From Thermoplasmata archaeon (GTDB lineage Archaea; Thermoplasmatota; Thermoplasmata; Lutacidiplasmatales; UBA184), in NCBI GenBank assembly GCA_022749895.1, contig JAKIWS010000004.1:6195-70194 (forward strand): 64,000 bases of DNA. Reading direction: 5' to 3'. How positions within the stretch are numbered: the stretch's first letter is position 1; each line of letters opens with the position of its first letter. Both the position numbers and the translations under genes were made by a program. The notes below the pieces were generated by a model. It was not told the origin of the DNA and searched no databases. It worked only from the letters and a program-made list of their open reading frames with translations. Positions 27,662 to 35,804 of this stretch are shown here, in pieces.

Positions 27662-29523
27662 TCGTCCGTCGTCTCCCCGCCGCTGAGCGAGCGGTGGTAC
27701 TTGTGGACGACATCCACGAACGTCGAATGCGACCAGGTGAGGGGCACGGCGCTCTTGGGCTCGCCCGTGACCGCGTCGATCTGCTCCGGGAGCAAGAGGC
27801 TCGGGGTGGCGTGTCCGACGACCCACTCCAGCAGCTCGCGGCACCGGTCGGGTTCGCCCAAGTTGAGGCGGGCCTCCGCGAGCCAGAGGGTGCACAGGAT
27901 CCAGGGATTCTCCCGCCCGTAGTACGCGTCGTCCTCGAACCGCGCGACGCCCCCGACCTTCGGGTTCCACAGGCGCTGTTCGATCCCGTCGACGACATGC
28001 CGGGCGCGAGGATCGTCCCAGGCGAGGAGACCGAGCTTGAGCGCGAGCAGTAACGAGGCGTCGAGGCGGTGATCGTCCGGTCGGATCGACCGGAGGAACC
28101 GCTGGTGCTCCTCGTCCCAGAGGTGTTTGAGCGCGGCGGAGTGGACGGCGACGCTGGCTTCGCGCCAGCGGGCCGGGTCCTTCCCGAGCTCGAGTGCGAT
28201 CCGGGCGGCCCGCTCGAGCGCGTGGGCCACGACGGCGACGCTGTACGTCGCGACCGACTTGCGTTCCTCCCAGAGGTCGAAGCTCTCCTTCGGGAGCCCG
28301 GTCGACGGGTCGCGGAATTCCGTGAGGAAGTTCGCCGCCTGCTTGACCATCGGCCAGAACGTGAGGAGCGAATCGAGGTCGGTCCGCCGCTTGAAGTGGT
28401 GCCAGACGGCGGCGATCACGGTGCCGGTCTGGTCGATCTGCAGGAACGGCGGCGGATGCCAGGTGCTGCCGATCGTTCCATCGGGGAAGTGCCGGTGGAC
28501 GAACGAACCGTCCGGGCGCTGGCAGCGGCTCGCGAACTCCAAGAACCGCTCGGCCTGGTCGTAGAGTCCGGCCTCGTCCATCGCCTTGCTGACGTAGCCG
28601 CCGTCGCGCCACCAGCAGTAGTTGTACGTGTCGCCCCCGACGGCGAGGGACCGGGTATCGGGCGACGCGATGATCGACCCGTTCGAGCCGCAGGAGTGGC
28701 GGAGAGTGAGGACACTGGACTTGTACAGCTGACGGCCGCGATCGCTGAGACCCTGGGAGAGCTTCGGCGGATGGCGGGCGACCCACGTCCGCCAGAACGC
28801 CTGCGCCTCGCGCTCGAAGCGGGTCGGGTCCCCCTCCCAGACGTACCGGTGCAGTTGATGGATCGCTTCGGGCGAATCGCCCATGCCGATGAAGATGCGG
28901 ACGATCGCGTCCTCCCCGGGCCGCGCCGTGACGTCGAACTGGAGAACGCTGTCCGCGGCGCCGTGGCTGATGTCCCGGCCATCGAGGACACCGTCCTCGG
29001 CGTCGACGTACGTTCCCTTGAGCCCCTTCAGGGTGTGCTCCCCGCAGACGGCGCGCGTGAACGTGGGGATGCCGTAGAACTCGAAGTAGAACGACCGCTT
29101 GTAGTGCACGACGCTCTGAAAGTCCGCGTCGCAGTACGCGGTCTCCTGGTAGAGCGATTCCGCGATGTTCAGGGACTGGTACGAGAAGAGGCGCAGTTGC
29201 CGCGGGCGGTCCGAGCGGAACTTTACGAGCCGGATGATCAGGTCGTGGTTCGGGTGGACGAAGTCCTCGACGCCGATCGAGAGACCGTCGTGGCTCCAGA
29301 CCGAGCGGGGGGCGTGGCCCGGGGGTGGGAACTCCGGGCTCAGGTGGAACGCCCCCTGGTCGCGGAGCCAGTGGAACTTGCGCTCGCCGACCTCGAAAAG
29401 ACCGAGCCGGGTTTCCCGAAGATGCTGGAACTGGCCCGGGTACGGGTAGAACAGCCCGGCCCACTCCCCGGTCTCGTCGATCGTGACGAGGACGCGGCCG
29501 TTCCCGGTGAGTTGCGTGATCAT
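27658..29523 (-). CDS. GH15 family glycoside hydrolase, second paralog (archaeal glucoamylase/trehalase-like)
   Basis: YNYCWWRDGGYV, FLQIDQTG and DLWEER blocks of the (alpha/alpha)6 GH15 catalytic domain, plus an N-terminal beta domain. Confidence 0.85.
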   Translation of the reverse strand: MITQLTGNGRVLVTIDETGEWAGLFYPYPGQFQHLRETRLGLFEVGERKFHWLRDQGAFHLSPEFPPPGHAPRSVWSHDGLSIGVEDFVHPNHDLIIRLVKFRSDRPRQLRLFSYQSLNIAESLYQETAYCDADFQSVVHYKRSFYFEFYGIPTFTRAVCGEHTLKGLKGTYVDAEDGVLDGRDISHGAADSVLQFDVTARPGEDAIVRIFIGMGDSPEAIHQLHRYVWEGDPTRFEREAQAFWRTWVARHPPKLSQGLSDRGRQLYKSSVLTLRHSCGSNGSIIASPDTRSLAVGGDTYNYCWWRDGGYVSKAMDEAGLYDQAERFLEFASRCQRPDGSFVHRHFPDGTIGSTWHPPPFLQIDQTGTVIAAVWHHFKRRTDLDSLLTFWPMVKQAANFLTEFRDPSTGLPKESFDLWEERKSVATYSVAVVAHALERAARIALELGKDPARWREASVAVHSAALKHLWDEEHQRFLRSIRPDDHRLDASLLLALKLGLLAWDDPRARHVVDGIEQRLWNPKVGGVARFEDDAYYGRENPWILCTLWLAEARLNLGEPDRCRELLEWVVGHATPSLLLPEQIDAVTGEPKSAVPLTWSHSTFVDVVHKYHRSLSGGETTDE

Positions 29524-29557
29524 TACGTCGCGACCGTGGTCATCCCTGCGTGACCAT

Positions 29558-29563
29558 GTATAA
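29558..29563 (-). promoter_or_regulatory. TATA-like element (TTATAC on the minus strand) about 35 nt upstream of the GH15-glk-tkt operon start
   Basis: Plus-strand catGTATAAccg sits 35-40 nt from ATG 29523. This is consistent with a very short or absent leader. Confidence 0.35.
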
Positions 29564-29977
29564 CCGCTTCGCTCGAATCGATTCGCCCGCCGCGGGATGA
29601 CCCCGCACGGCGAACCGGATCCGGCCGGTTTCGTCCGTCCCTCGCCGAGAACCTCGTGCTACAATCGGGCAAGGCGGCCGGCGAAACCTCGAGCTGGCCG
29701 TGGTGCCCCGACCTTGGCCTTGCCCCTCGGCAGGCTTTGAACCGCTCCCCGGTGTGCGAAACCATCAAGGCAGGGAGGACCGTCGGGCCGCCCCCGACTG
29801 GTGCGTGCGTACGGTGACTCTGGCTCGTTCGTTTGCCGTTCCTGTGTCCCGCATCGTGGGTCCTCCCCCCGCGTCCGGACGGCGGGTGGACGCCCCGTGA
29901 CCGCCCCGGTCAAGGGGACGGCCGGCCGTCATGGCGGTACGAAGCGCCGACCCCACCCTCGGGTCCGGCGATCGGAG

Positions 29978-31291
29978 ATGGCACCGGCGGGCGAAGTCGC
30001 GCGACCCTCCGCCCCCCCCCGGAAATCCCGCGTAAAATCGGTCTCGCGCGCCGAGCTGGAAGCGATCGGCCGAACGCTCGTTTGGGTTCGGCCGGCCTCC
30101 GAAGCGCCCCCCGAACCGGTCCACGTCGCGAGCCGCCGCCTTCACATCGTGATGGTCGGCTGGGAGTACCCTCCGCACATCTCGGGAGGGCTCGGGGTTC
30201 ACTGCTACGAACTGTGCAAGGAGCTCACCCGAATGGGCCACCGCGTGACGTTCGTCACGCCGTTTTCCGGCCCCTTCCTCGAGACCCCCGGCGTTACGTT
30301 CCGATTCCCGGGTTCCGCGCCCCGCGAAGGAACTCCCCCCCCGGGTTCGTACAACGTCGTCCTCGGTCCGGAGGGCCAAGTCGCCGACTCGCTCGCGTCG
30401 TACAATGACTGGGTCGCCGCCCTCCCGCTGGCCAAGGACGTCGACGCGATCCACGTCCACGACTGGTTCGGTACCGTGGGCGCGGCGTCCGCCGCCCGCC
30501 GGCACCATGTCCCGCTCGTGATGACGGTCCACTCGACCGAGTACGACCGCTCGCTCGGCTTCCCCAATCTCGCCATCCTGGAGATGGAGCGGCACGGCGT
30601 GGCCGCCGCCCACCGGGTGATCTCGGTGAGCGGTCACCTCAAGAAGCAACTCATCGAGCGGTTCCACGTCCCGCCGGATCGGATCCGCGTCGTCTACAAC
30701 GCGGTGCGGCCCACGGCCCGGCTGGAGCGTCTGGTCCGGCCGGACCCGATCGTGCTGTACCTGGGTCGGCTCGCCGCCATGAAGGGGGTCGACACGTTCC
30801 TGCGCGCGGCCGCGCGCGTCCTGCCGTTCGTCCCGGATGCCACGTTCGTCGTCGCCGGCGACGGCCCCGAGTTTCCGCGCCTCCTCACGCTCGCCGCGCA
30901 CCTCGGCATCGCCGACCACGTCCTGTTCCTCGGCTGGGTCACGGACGACGAGCGGACGATCCTGCTCGGCCGCGCGTCGGTCTACGTGCTCCCCAGCGTG
31001 GTCGAGCCGTTCGGGATCTCGGCGTTGGAGGCGATGGTCGCGGGGGTCCCGACCATCGTTTCCAAAACGAGCGGCGTCGCCGAGATCACCGAGAGCGTCT
31101 TCGCCGTCGACTTCTGGGACATCGACGAGTTCGCGAGCCGGATCGCGGAGCTGCTGACCTACCCCAGCCTGCGGAACGTGATGAGCGACGCCGTGCGCGA
31201 GGCCGCGCTCAACGCCACCTGGGCCGAGCGGGCCCGCCAGACCGTCAGCGTCTACCTCGAGGTCGTGGCGCCGGTCGCGGCCGAACGATGA
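29978..31291 (+). CDS. Glycogen-synthase-like GT-B glycosyltransferase (GT4/GT5)
   Basis: IVMVGWEYPPHISGGLGVHCYEL (K/E-x-GGL-type motif), and a C-terminal EPFGISALEAM glycosyltransferase-group-1 block. The start is uncertain (ATG 29978, or Met at 30151 just before the core). Confidence 0.75.
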   Translation: MAPAGEVARPSAPPRKSRVKSVSRAELEAIGRTLVWVRPASEAPPEPVHVASRRLHIVMVGWEYPPHISGGLGVHCYELCKELTRMGHRVTFVTPFSGPFLETPGVTFRFPGSAPREGTPPPGSYNVVLGPEGQVADSLASYNDWVAALPLAKDVDAIHVHDWFGTVGAASAARRHHVPLVMTVHSTEYDRSLGFPNLAILEMERHGVAAAHRVISVSGHLKKQLIERFHVPPDRIRVVYNAVRPTARLERLVRPDPIVLYLGRLAAMKGVDTFLRAAARVLPFVPDATFVVAGDGPEFPRLLTLAAHLGIADHVLFLGWVTDDERTILLGRASVYVLPSVVEPFGISALEAMVAGVPTIVSKTSGVAEITESVFAVDFWDIDEFASRIAELLTYPSLRNVMSDAVREAALNATWAERARQTVSVYLEVVAPVAAER

Positions 31292-32481
31292 AGCTCGTCT
31301 TCTACATGCACATGCACCAGCCGTGGCGGCTGGCGCGGTTCCGATACGTCGACCTCGGGAGCGGGCGTCCGTACGTCGACCACGAGCGGAACCTCGCGAT
31401 CTTTCGCCGCATCGCGGAGCGGTGCTACCGCCCGGCGTTGGGACGGCTGCTCGACGCGCTCGACCGCTTCCCCGAGTTCCGGTTCAGCCTCTCGGTCACC
31501 GGCACGTTCCTCGAACAGGCGCGCCTCGCGGCCCCCGACGTGCTCGGACTCCTCAAGCGGGCCGCAGCGACCGGCCGGGTCGCCTTCCTCGCCGAGACGT
31601 ACTACCATTCGCTCTCGTTCCTCCTCCCGCCGCCGGAGCTCACGGAGGAGATCAATCTCCACGTGAGCGCCCTCCACGACGAGTTCGACGTCAAACCGTC
31701 GATGCTGCGGATGACCGAGCTCGCCTACTCCGACGAGCTCGGGTACTTCGCCGAACGCCACGGGTTCAAGGGAATGCTCGCCGAGGGCTGGGAAGCGACC
31801 CTCGGCGATCGCTCGCCGAACGAAGTCTACTCCGGGGCGCGGGCGCCGAACCTGAAACTCCTGCTGCGCAACTATCGTCTCAGCGACGACGTGGGGTTCC
31901 GGTTCTCCGCGCGCGGGTGGTCGGAGTATCCCCTCACCGCCGAAAAGTACGCGCGATGGCTCGCCGCCACGCCGGGCCGCGTCCTCGGCCTCTTCATGGA
32001 TTTCGAAACGTTCGGCGAGCACCACGACGTGTCGACCGGCATCCTCGACTTCCTCGCCGCGCTACCGCGATTCGTCGACCGGGAGACGACCCTCAGTTGG
32101 GCGACGGTCGACGAGGCCGCGTCCGAGCCGGCCCAGGGACCGCTCGCCGTCCCGACGACGATGACGTGGGCGGACCAGAACCGCGACCTGGGGGCGTGGC
32201 TCGGGAACGACCTGCAGCGGTCCGCGTTCGAGGCCGCCAAGAAGATGGGGAGCCTGGCGCGCCGGAGCGGCGACCCCGAGATCCTCACCACCTGGCGACG
32301 GCTCATGACCTCGGACCACTTTTACTACATGTACCTCGGCGCCCACGGCGCGGACATGGGCGTCCATCAGTACTTCAGCTCCTACGGAAGCCCGTACGAC
32401 GCCTACGCGAACTACATGAACGCGCTCACCGACCTCCGCCGCCGCGCGCTCGAGGCCGCTGGGGTCCGGGCGCCGGCGTGA
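31288..32481 (+). CDS. GH57 family alpha-glucan-active enzyme
   Basis: MKLVFYMHMHQPWR (GH57 region I), ETYYH and MDFETFGEHH acidic blocks. ATGA overlap with the preceding GT. Confidence 0.8.
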   Translation: MKLVFYMHMHQPWRLARFRYVDLGSGRPYVDHERNLAIFRRIAERCYRPALGRLLDALDRFPEFRFSLSVTGTFLEQARLAAPDVLGLLKRAAATGRVAFLAETYYHSLSFLLPPPELTEEINLHVSALHDEFDVKPSMLRMTELAYSDELGYFAERHGFKGMLAEGWEATLGDRSPNEVYSGARAPNLKLLLRNYRLSDDVGFRFSARGWSEYPLTAEKYARWLAATPGRVLGLFMDFETFGEHHDVSTGILDFLAALPRFVDRETTLSWATVDEAASEPAQGPLAVPTTMTWADQNRDLGAWLGNDLQRSAFEAAKKMGSLARRSGDPEILTTWRRLMTSDHFYYMYLGAHGADMGVHQYFSSYGSPYDAYANYMNALTDLRRRALEAAGVRAPA

Positions 32482-32494
32482 ACCGCTCGAAAGG

Positions 32495-32503
32495 TTTTTC
32501 TTT
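32495..32503 (+). terminator. T-tract (TTTTTCTTT), putative archaeal intrinsic terminator after the GT-GH57 operon
   Basis: One of the few oligo-T runs in this region. It starts 14 nt after the GH57 stop. Confidence 0.4.
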
Positions 32504-32599
32504 CGGCGGACCGACTCACGCCGTACGGCGACTCCGGCCGCGCCCGCTCATCTCCGCGCCGCGCTGACGCGCCACCGGGCGGAGTACTCGACCGTCGAG

Positions 32600-34027
32600 G
32601 TGGGTCGCCCCCCGAGCCGCTGGCCGTGGGTCCTCGTCGCCGCCGTCCTGCTCGTGGGCACGGGCGTCGTCTACTACACCACCCGATCGCTCCCCCCACC
32701 GCCGATCGTCTTTCCGCAGCGCTGGTCGGCGAACGTCAACGGGTCGCTCGCGGAGGAGGTGTTCTCCGGCACCGCGGTCGTGGCCAGCGTCTACCATGCG
32801 ACCGGCGTTCCCCCCGCGGGTTACTTCTCCAACACCTCGTACGAACTGCTCGGCTACGACCTCCGCTCCGGGCATCCACTCTGGGCGAGCGCCCCCATCG
32901 TCGTCCTCGAACGCGGCGGTGGCGCGGACGTCCGGCTCGTCACCCCGGCGCCCGGCATCGTGGTGTTCGTCGCCGTCGCGGACGCTCTCGGCGCGACGTC
33001 CCCGGGCGTGGTAGGTCCGATGCTGTTCGCGCTCCGGTTCAACGCGACCACCGGCGAGCGACTGGTCGCCTCGTCGACCGCGCTCCCGGTCGAGGCGGCC
33101 GGGGCGCAACTGCTCTCCGATCCCCCGCGTCTCCTCGTCAGCTGGGCGACCGACCCGTACCCGAACCCAGCGTCCGCGACGGTCCGCGCCTACAACCTCG
33201 TCGCCAACAGCTCGGCCCTCTCGCCCGCCCCTCCGCCGGGCGGCGCCGGTCCCGAGATCTGGTCGTTCTCGACGAGCTTTCCCCCGAGCCTCGACGGGAT
33301 CGAGCCCGAGGACCTGGTGGTGCGCACCTCGCCCGCGTACGTCGTGCTCGAGCAAGGTTACGCGAACCAGACCACGTGGGCCCTGAACCGGTCGACGGGG
33401 CACCTGCTCTGGCAGCGGGACCTCGCGCCGAACAAGATCTCGATCCGCGCCTCGACGATCGACGCGACCACGCTGTACACACTGGGCTACGGCGGTTCGG
33501 GGGTCGAGGCCGACCGCTGGTCGCTGGCGAACGGAAGCCGCGAAGCCCCGATCCCGATCACGGTGCCCGCGGACCGGAACACGAGCCTGCGGATCGCCGA
33601 CGGCCTCCTGCTCGTGGGCTCGTACGTGGCCCCGGGGTACTACGCCTACTCGTTGGCGGGGGCGTTGCAGTGGAGCTTACCCGTCCGCCTCACCGCGAAC
33701 GGCTCCGTCTGCCGCTGCTCCCCGGGCGGTCAGGTGAGCGGTCTCATCGACCCCATCCCGCTCGGGGGACCGTACGCCCTGCTCGGCGCGACACCGTTCC
33801 AGTACACGTCGCAGGCGTTCCTCGAGACGTTCCGCGTGGTGAACGTGAACACGGGGGCCGTCGTCTGGTCGGTGGACTACCTCTTCGAGATCCGCACGTC
33901 GAGCCAGCTCGGCTTTCCCCGCATCTACTTCCCCGTCACGGCGCAAGGGCCGCTCGTCCTCGTGGCGGCCTCGGACGGGACGTTCCTCGTCGCCGACCTC
34001 ACGCCGTACGTGTCGGCAACGGGCTGA
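32600..34027 (+). CDS. N-terminally anchored PQQ-like/BamB-like beta-propeller repeat protein
   Basis: TM WPWVLVAAVLLVGTGVVYY, then repeated D/N..(S/T)G..LW units (RSGHPLWAS, STGHLLWQRD, AGALQWSL, NTGAVVWSVD). Confidence 0.5.
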   Translation: MGRPPSRWPWVLVAAVLLVGTGVVYYTTRSLPPPPIVFPQRWSANVNGSLAEEVFSGTAVVASVYHATGVPPAGYFSNTSYELLGYDLRSGHPLWASAPIVVLERGGGADVRLVTPAPGIVVFVAVADALGATSPGVVGPMLFALRFNATTGERLVASSTALPVEAAGAQLLSDPPRLLVSWATDPYPNPASATVRAYNLVANSSALSPAPPPGGAGPEIWSFSTSFPPSLDGIEPEDLVVRTSPAYVVLEQGYANQTTWALNRSTGHLLWQRDLAPNKISIRASTIDATTLYTLGYGGSGVEADRWSLANGSREAPIPITVPADRNTSLRIADGLLLVGSYVAPGYYAYSLAGALQWSLPVRLTANGSVCRCSPGGQVSGLIDPIPLGGPYALLGATPFQYTSQAFLETFRVVNVNTGAVVWSVDYLFEIRTSSQLGFPRIYFPVTAQGPLVLVAASDGTFLVADLTPYVSATG

Positions 34028-34042
34028 GCGAGGGCGGCGAGC

Positions 34043-34654
34043 TCACGACGCCCAGCCGACGTCCCAGCGCGTCGCGCTCAGGAACACGGCGTGGCTGATC
34101 CGGGGGTCGGAAGCGACCCGAAGCTGGTCGAGGGCGTGGAACATGAGCTCGTAGGCGGCCTCCTCGTCCTCGGGAGCGTCGAGCCGCTCGTCTCCGTTCG
34201 TCGTCAGAATCCGGATCGATCCCGACTGCAGCGCGAGCACGAGGTCGCCGGTCCCGTCCCGCCGGGACCACACGAGGCGATGTTCGCCGCCGCGTTGGCT
34301 CGCTCCGACCCATCGGAGCGAACCGAACCAGCGACCGTTGAGCCGGTCGACGGCGGTGGTGGGATTGAATCCGGGGGGGAGCTTCAGTTCGGCCAGGACG
34401 CGGTCCGACGCCCACGGGTCGCCGGGCTGAGGACCGCCCGCGGTGAGCAACCGGTACCCATCGTCGGTCCGGTCGACGACCCCTTCGCGTTCGAGCCGGC
34501 GCAGGGCGCGGGAGAGCGATTCCGGATGCGCCGCGAGGGCGCGCCGCAGGCCCCCGAACGAGATCCGCCCGCGAAGCCGCTCGAGCTCGTCAACGATCCG
34601 AGTGTCCAGCGTGCGACCGTTCCCCGACTCGCGCGCGCCGAGAGAGCCCGCCAT
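34043..34654 (-). CDS. Winged-helix (ArsR/MarR-like) transcriptional regulator with an uncharacterised C-terminal domain
   Basis: From ATG 34654: IVDELERLRGRISFGGLRRALAAHPESLSRALRRLEREGVVDR is an HTH + wing pattern. Confidence 0.6.
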   Translation of the reverse strand: MAGSLGARESGNGRTLDTRIVDELERLRGRISFGGLRRALAAHPESLSRALRRLEREGVVDRTDDGYRLLTAGGPQPGDPWASDRVLAELKLPPGFNPTTAVDRLNGRWFGSLRWVGASQRGGEHRLVWSRRDGTGDLVLALQSGSIRILTTNGDERLDAPEDEEAAYELMFHALDQLRVASDPRISHAVFLSATRWDVGWAS

Positions 34655-34794
34655 CGAGCAGCTCAATTGGGCCGAGGTTTTCAGCCTTTGCGGCGCCGAC
34701 GACGTTCCGCCGTGTGTGACCGGCCCCGGGGCGTTCCGGTCAATATCCCCCTCCGCCCGGTGGGGTCGTTGCCAACACGGCAAGGAAGAACAAC

Positions 34795-35046
34795 ATGGGC
34801 GAAGATTGCGATAGCGGCCACGGCGGCGACAACTACGGTCCCTGGGTCTGGACGGCGTACCGGGCGTACAACGAGCTCCTGCGCGACAAGATCAAGAAGC
34901 GGTTCGAGGCGGAGGAAGGTCCCTGGATGGACAAGCTCGCGGACCTGCTCGCGAAGGTCGTTGCGGCGCGCTGGGAAGGCGGCCGCCAGGGCTCGAAGCA
35001 GACGACGGAACTCTACGCGCAGCTCGAGAAGCTGCTCTCCGAGTGA
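34795..35046 (+). CDS. Small (83 aa) hypothetical helical protein
   Basis: ATG start, and a Lys/Glu-rich composition that is atypical for GC shadow ORFs (NELLRDKIKKRFEAEEGPWMDKLADLLAKV). Divergent from the wHTH regulator. Confidence 0.45.
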   Translation: MGEDCDSGHGGDNYGPWVWTAYRAYNELLRDKIKKRFEAEEGPWMDKLADLLAKVVAARWEGGRQGSKQTTELYAQLEKLLSE

Positions 35047-35228
35047 GGTGACGATGTCACCGAACCCGGGAGGCCCGGCCCCGCTGCCCCCGTTGGGGCC
35101 GGCCGTGCCGATCCCGCTCGTGCCGTAGGCGCGCGCGGGACGCGAACCCCTTCCTCCCTCCCTTACCCGAGGCTCCGCGGCTCTCGGGTTTCGAAATTCT
35201 CATAGCCCTGCGTTGGCCCCGTGGCTTC

Positions 35229-35786
35229 GTGCCCGCCCCCCGTACCCCGCGCCGACGGCGGGTCGAACCACCGACGCGTCGATCGAAGTCCGGAGCACCC
35301 TTCACCCTTCGCCGTGCGGAGTCGAAGGACGAGTCGACGCTCATCGAGCACCGCCTCGCGATGTGGCGCGACATCGGCAGCTATCCGGAGAAGGCGGTCG
35401 CCGGACATGCCCGTCCGTACCGCCGCTGGCTCCGTCGGATGATGAAACGCGGTGAGCTCGTGGCCTACGTACTCGAGAGCCGGGACGGAGCGATCGCGGC
35501 CTCCGGCGCGGTTCAATTCGTCCTGGACCACCCACGTCCCGGTCACACGGACCGGAACGGGTACCTACTCTCGATGTACACCGACCCCGCGTACCGCCAT
35601 CGGGGTCTCGCCTCGCAGATCGTCCGGGCCGCGATACGCGAGTGCCGCCGTCGCGGCCTCTCGCGCATCACCCTCCATGCGTCGCCGTTCGGCCGGTCGG
35701 TGTACCGCGCCCTGGGCTTCGAGCGGTCGTGGGAGATGCGTCGTCTTCTCCGCGATCCTCGTCGCCGAGCGGCACGGCGGCGGTAG
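35229..35786 (+). CDS. GNAT family N-acetyltransferase
   Basis: Acetyl-CoA motif A: YRHRGLASQIVRAAIRECRRRG. C-terminus: GRSVYRALGFE. GTG 35229 is the only start that includes the first beta strand. An AT-rich tttcgaaattctcatag lies about 30 nt upstream. Confidence 0.8.
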   Translation: MPAPRTPRRRRVEPPTRRSKSGAPFTLRRAESKDESTLIEHRLAMWRDIGSYPEKAVAGHARPYRRWLRRMMKRGELVAYVLESRDGAIAASGAVQFVLDHPRPGHTDRNGYLLSMYTDPAYRHRGLASQIVRAAIRECRRRGLSRITLHASPFGRSVYRALGFERSWEMRRLLRDPRRRAARRR

Positions 35787-35804
35787 CCGATCCTGCACCG
35801 GGCG

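Noticed and set aside
12562-29464. Very long N-terminal extensions offered by the ORF track for pgl (540 aa), tkt (919 aa) and ROK kinase (944 aa). The same applies to leuD (621 aa), the P-loop kinase (325 aa) and the Cys-cluster membrane protein (379 aa).
   Set aside because: In each case the recognisable domain starts at an internal ATG/GTG that forms a 4-nt overlap or a short gap with the upstream gene's stop. The extension merely reads through the upstream gene in another frame.
29740-29790. SRP-RNA-like string (CAUCAAGGCAGGGAGGACCGUCGG), resembling the AAGGCAG segment of helix 8/5.
   Set aside because: The obligatory GGAA/GNAR tetraloop with flanking AGCA motif is missing on either strand. 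The resemblance is limited to a short G-rich string.
35047-35128. Short Pro-rich ORF (MSPNPGGPAPLPPLGPAVPIPLVP) just after the 83-aa gene.
   Set aside because: It is 24 codons of low-complexity proline sequence with no start context or homology signal.
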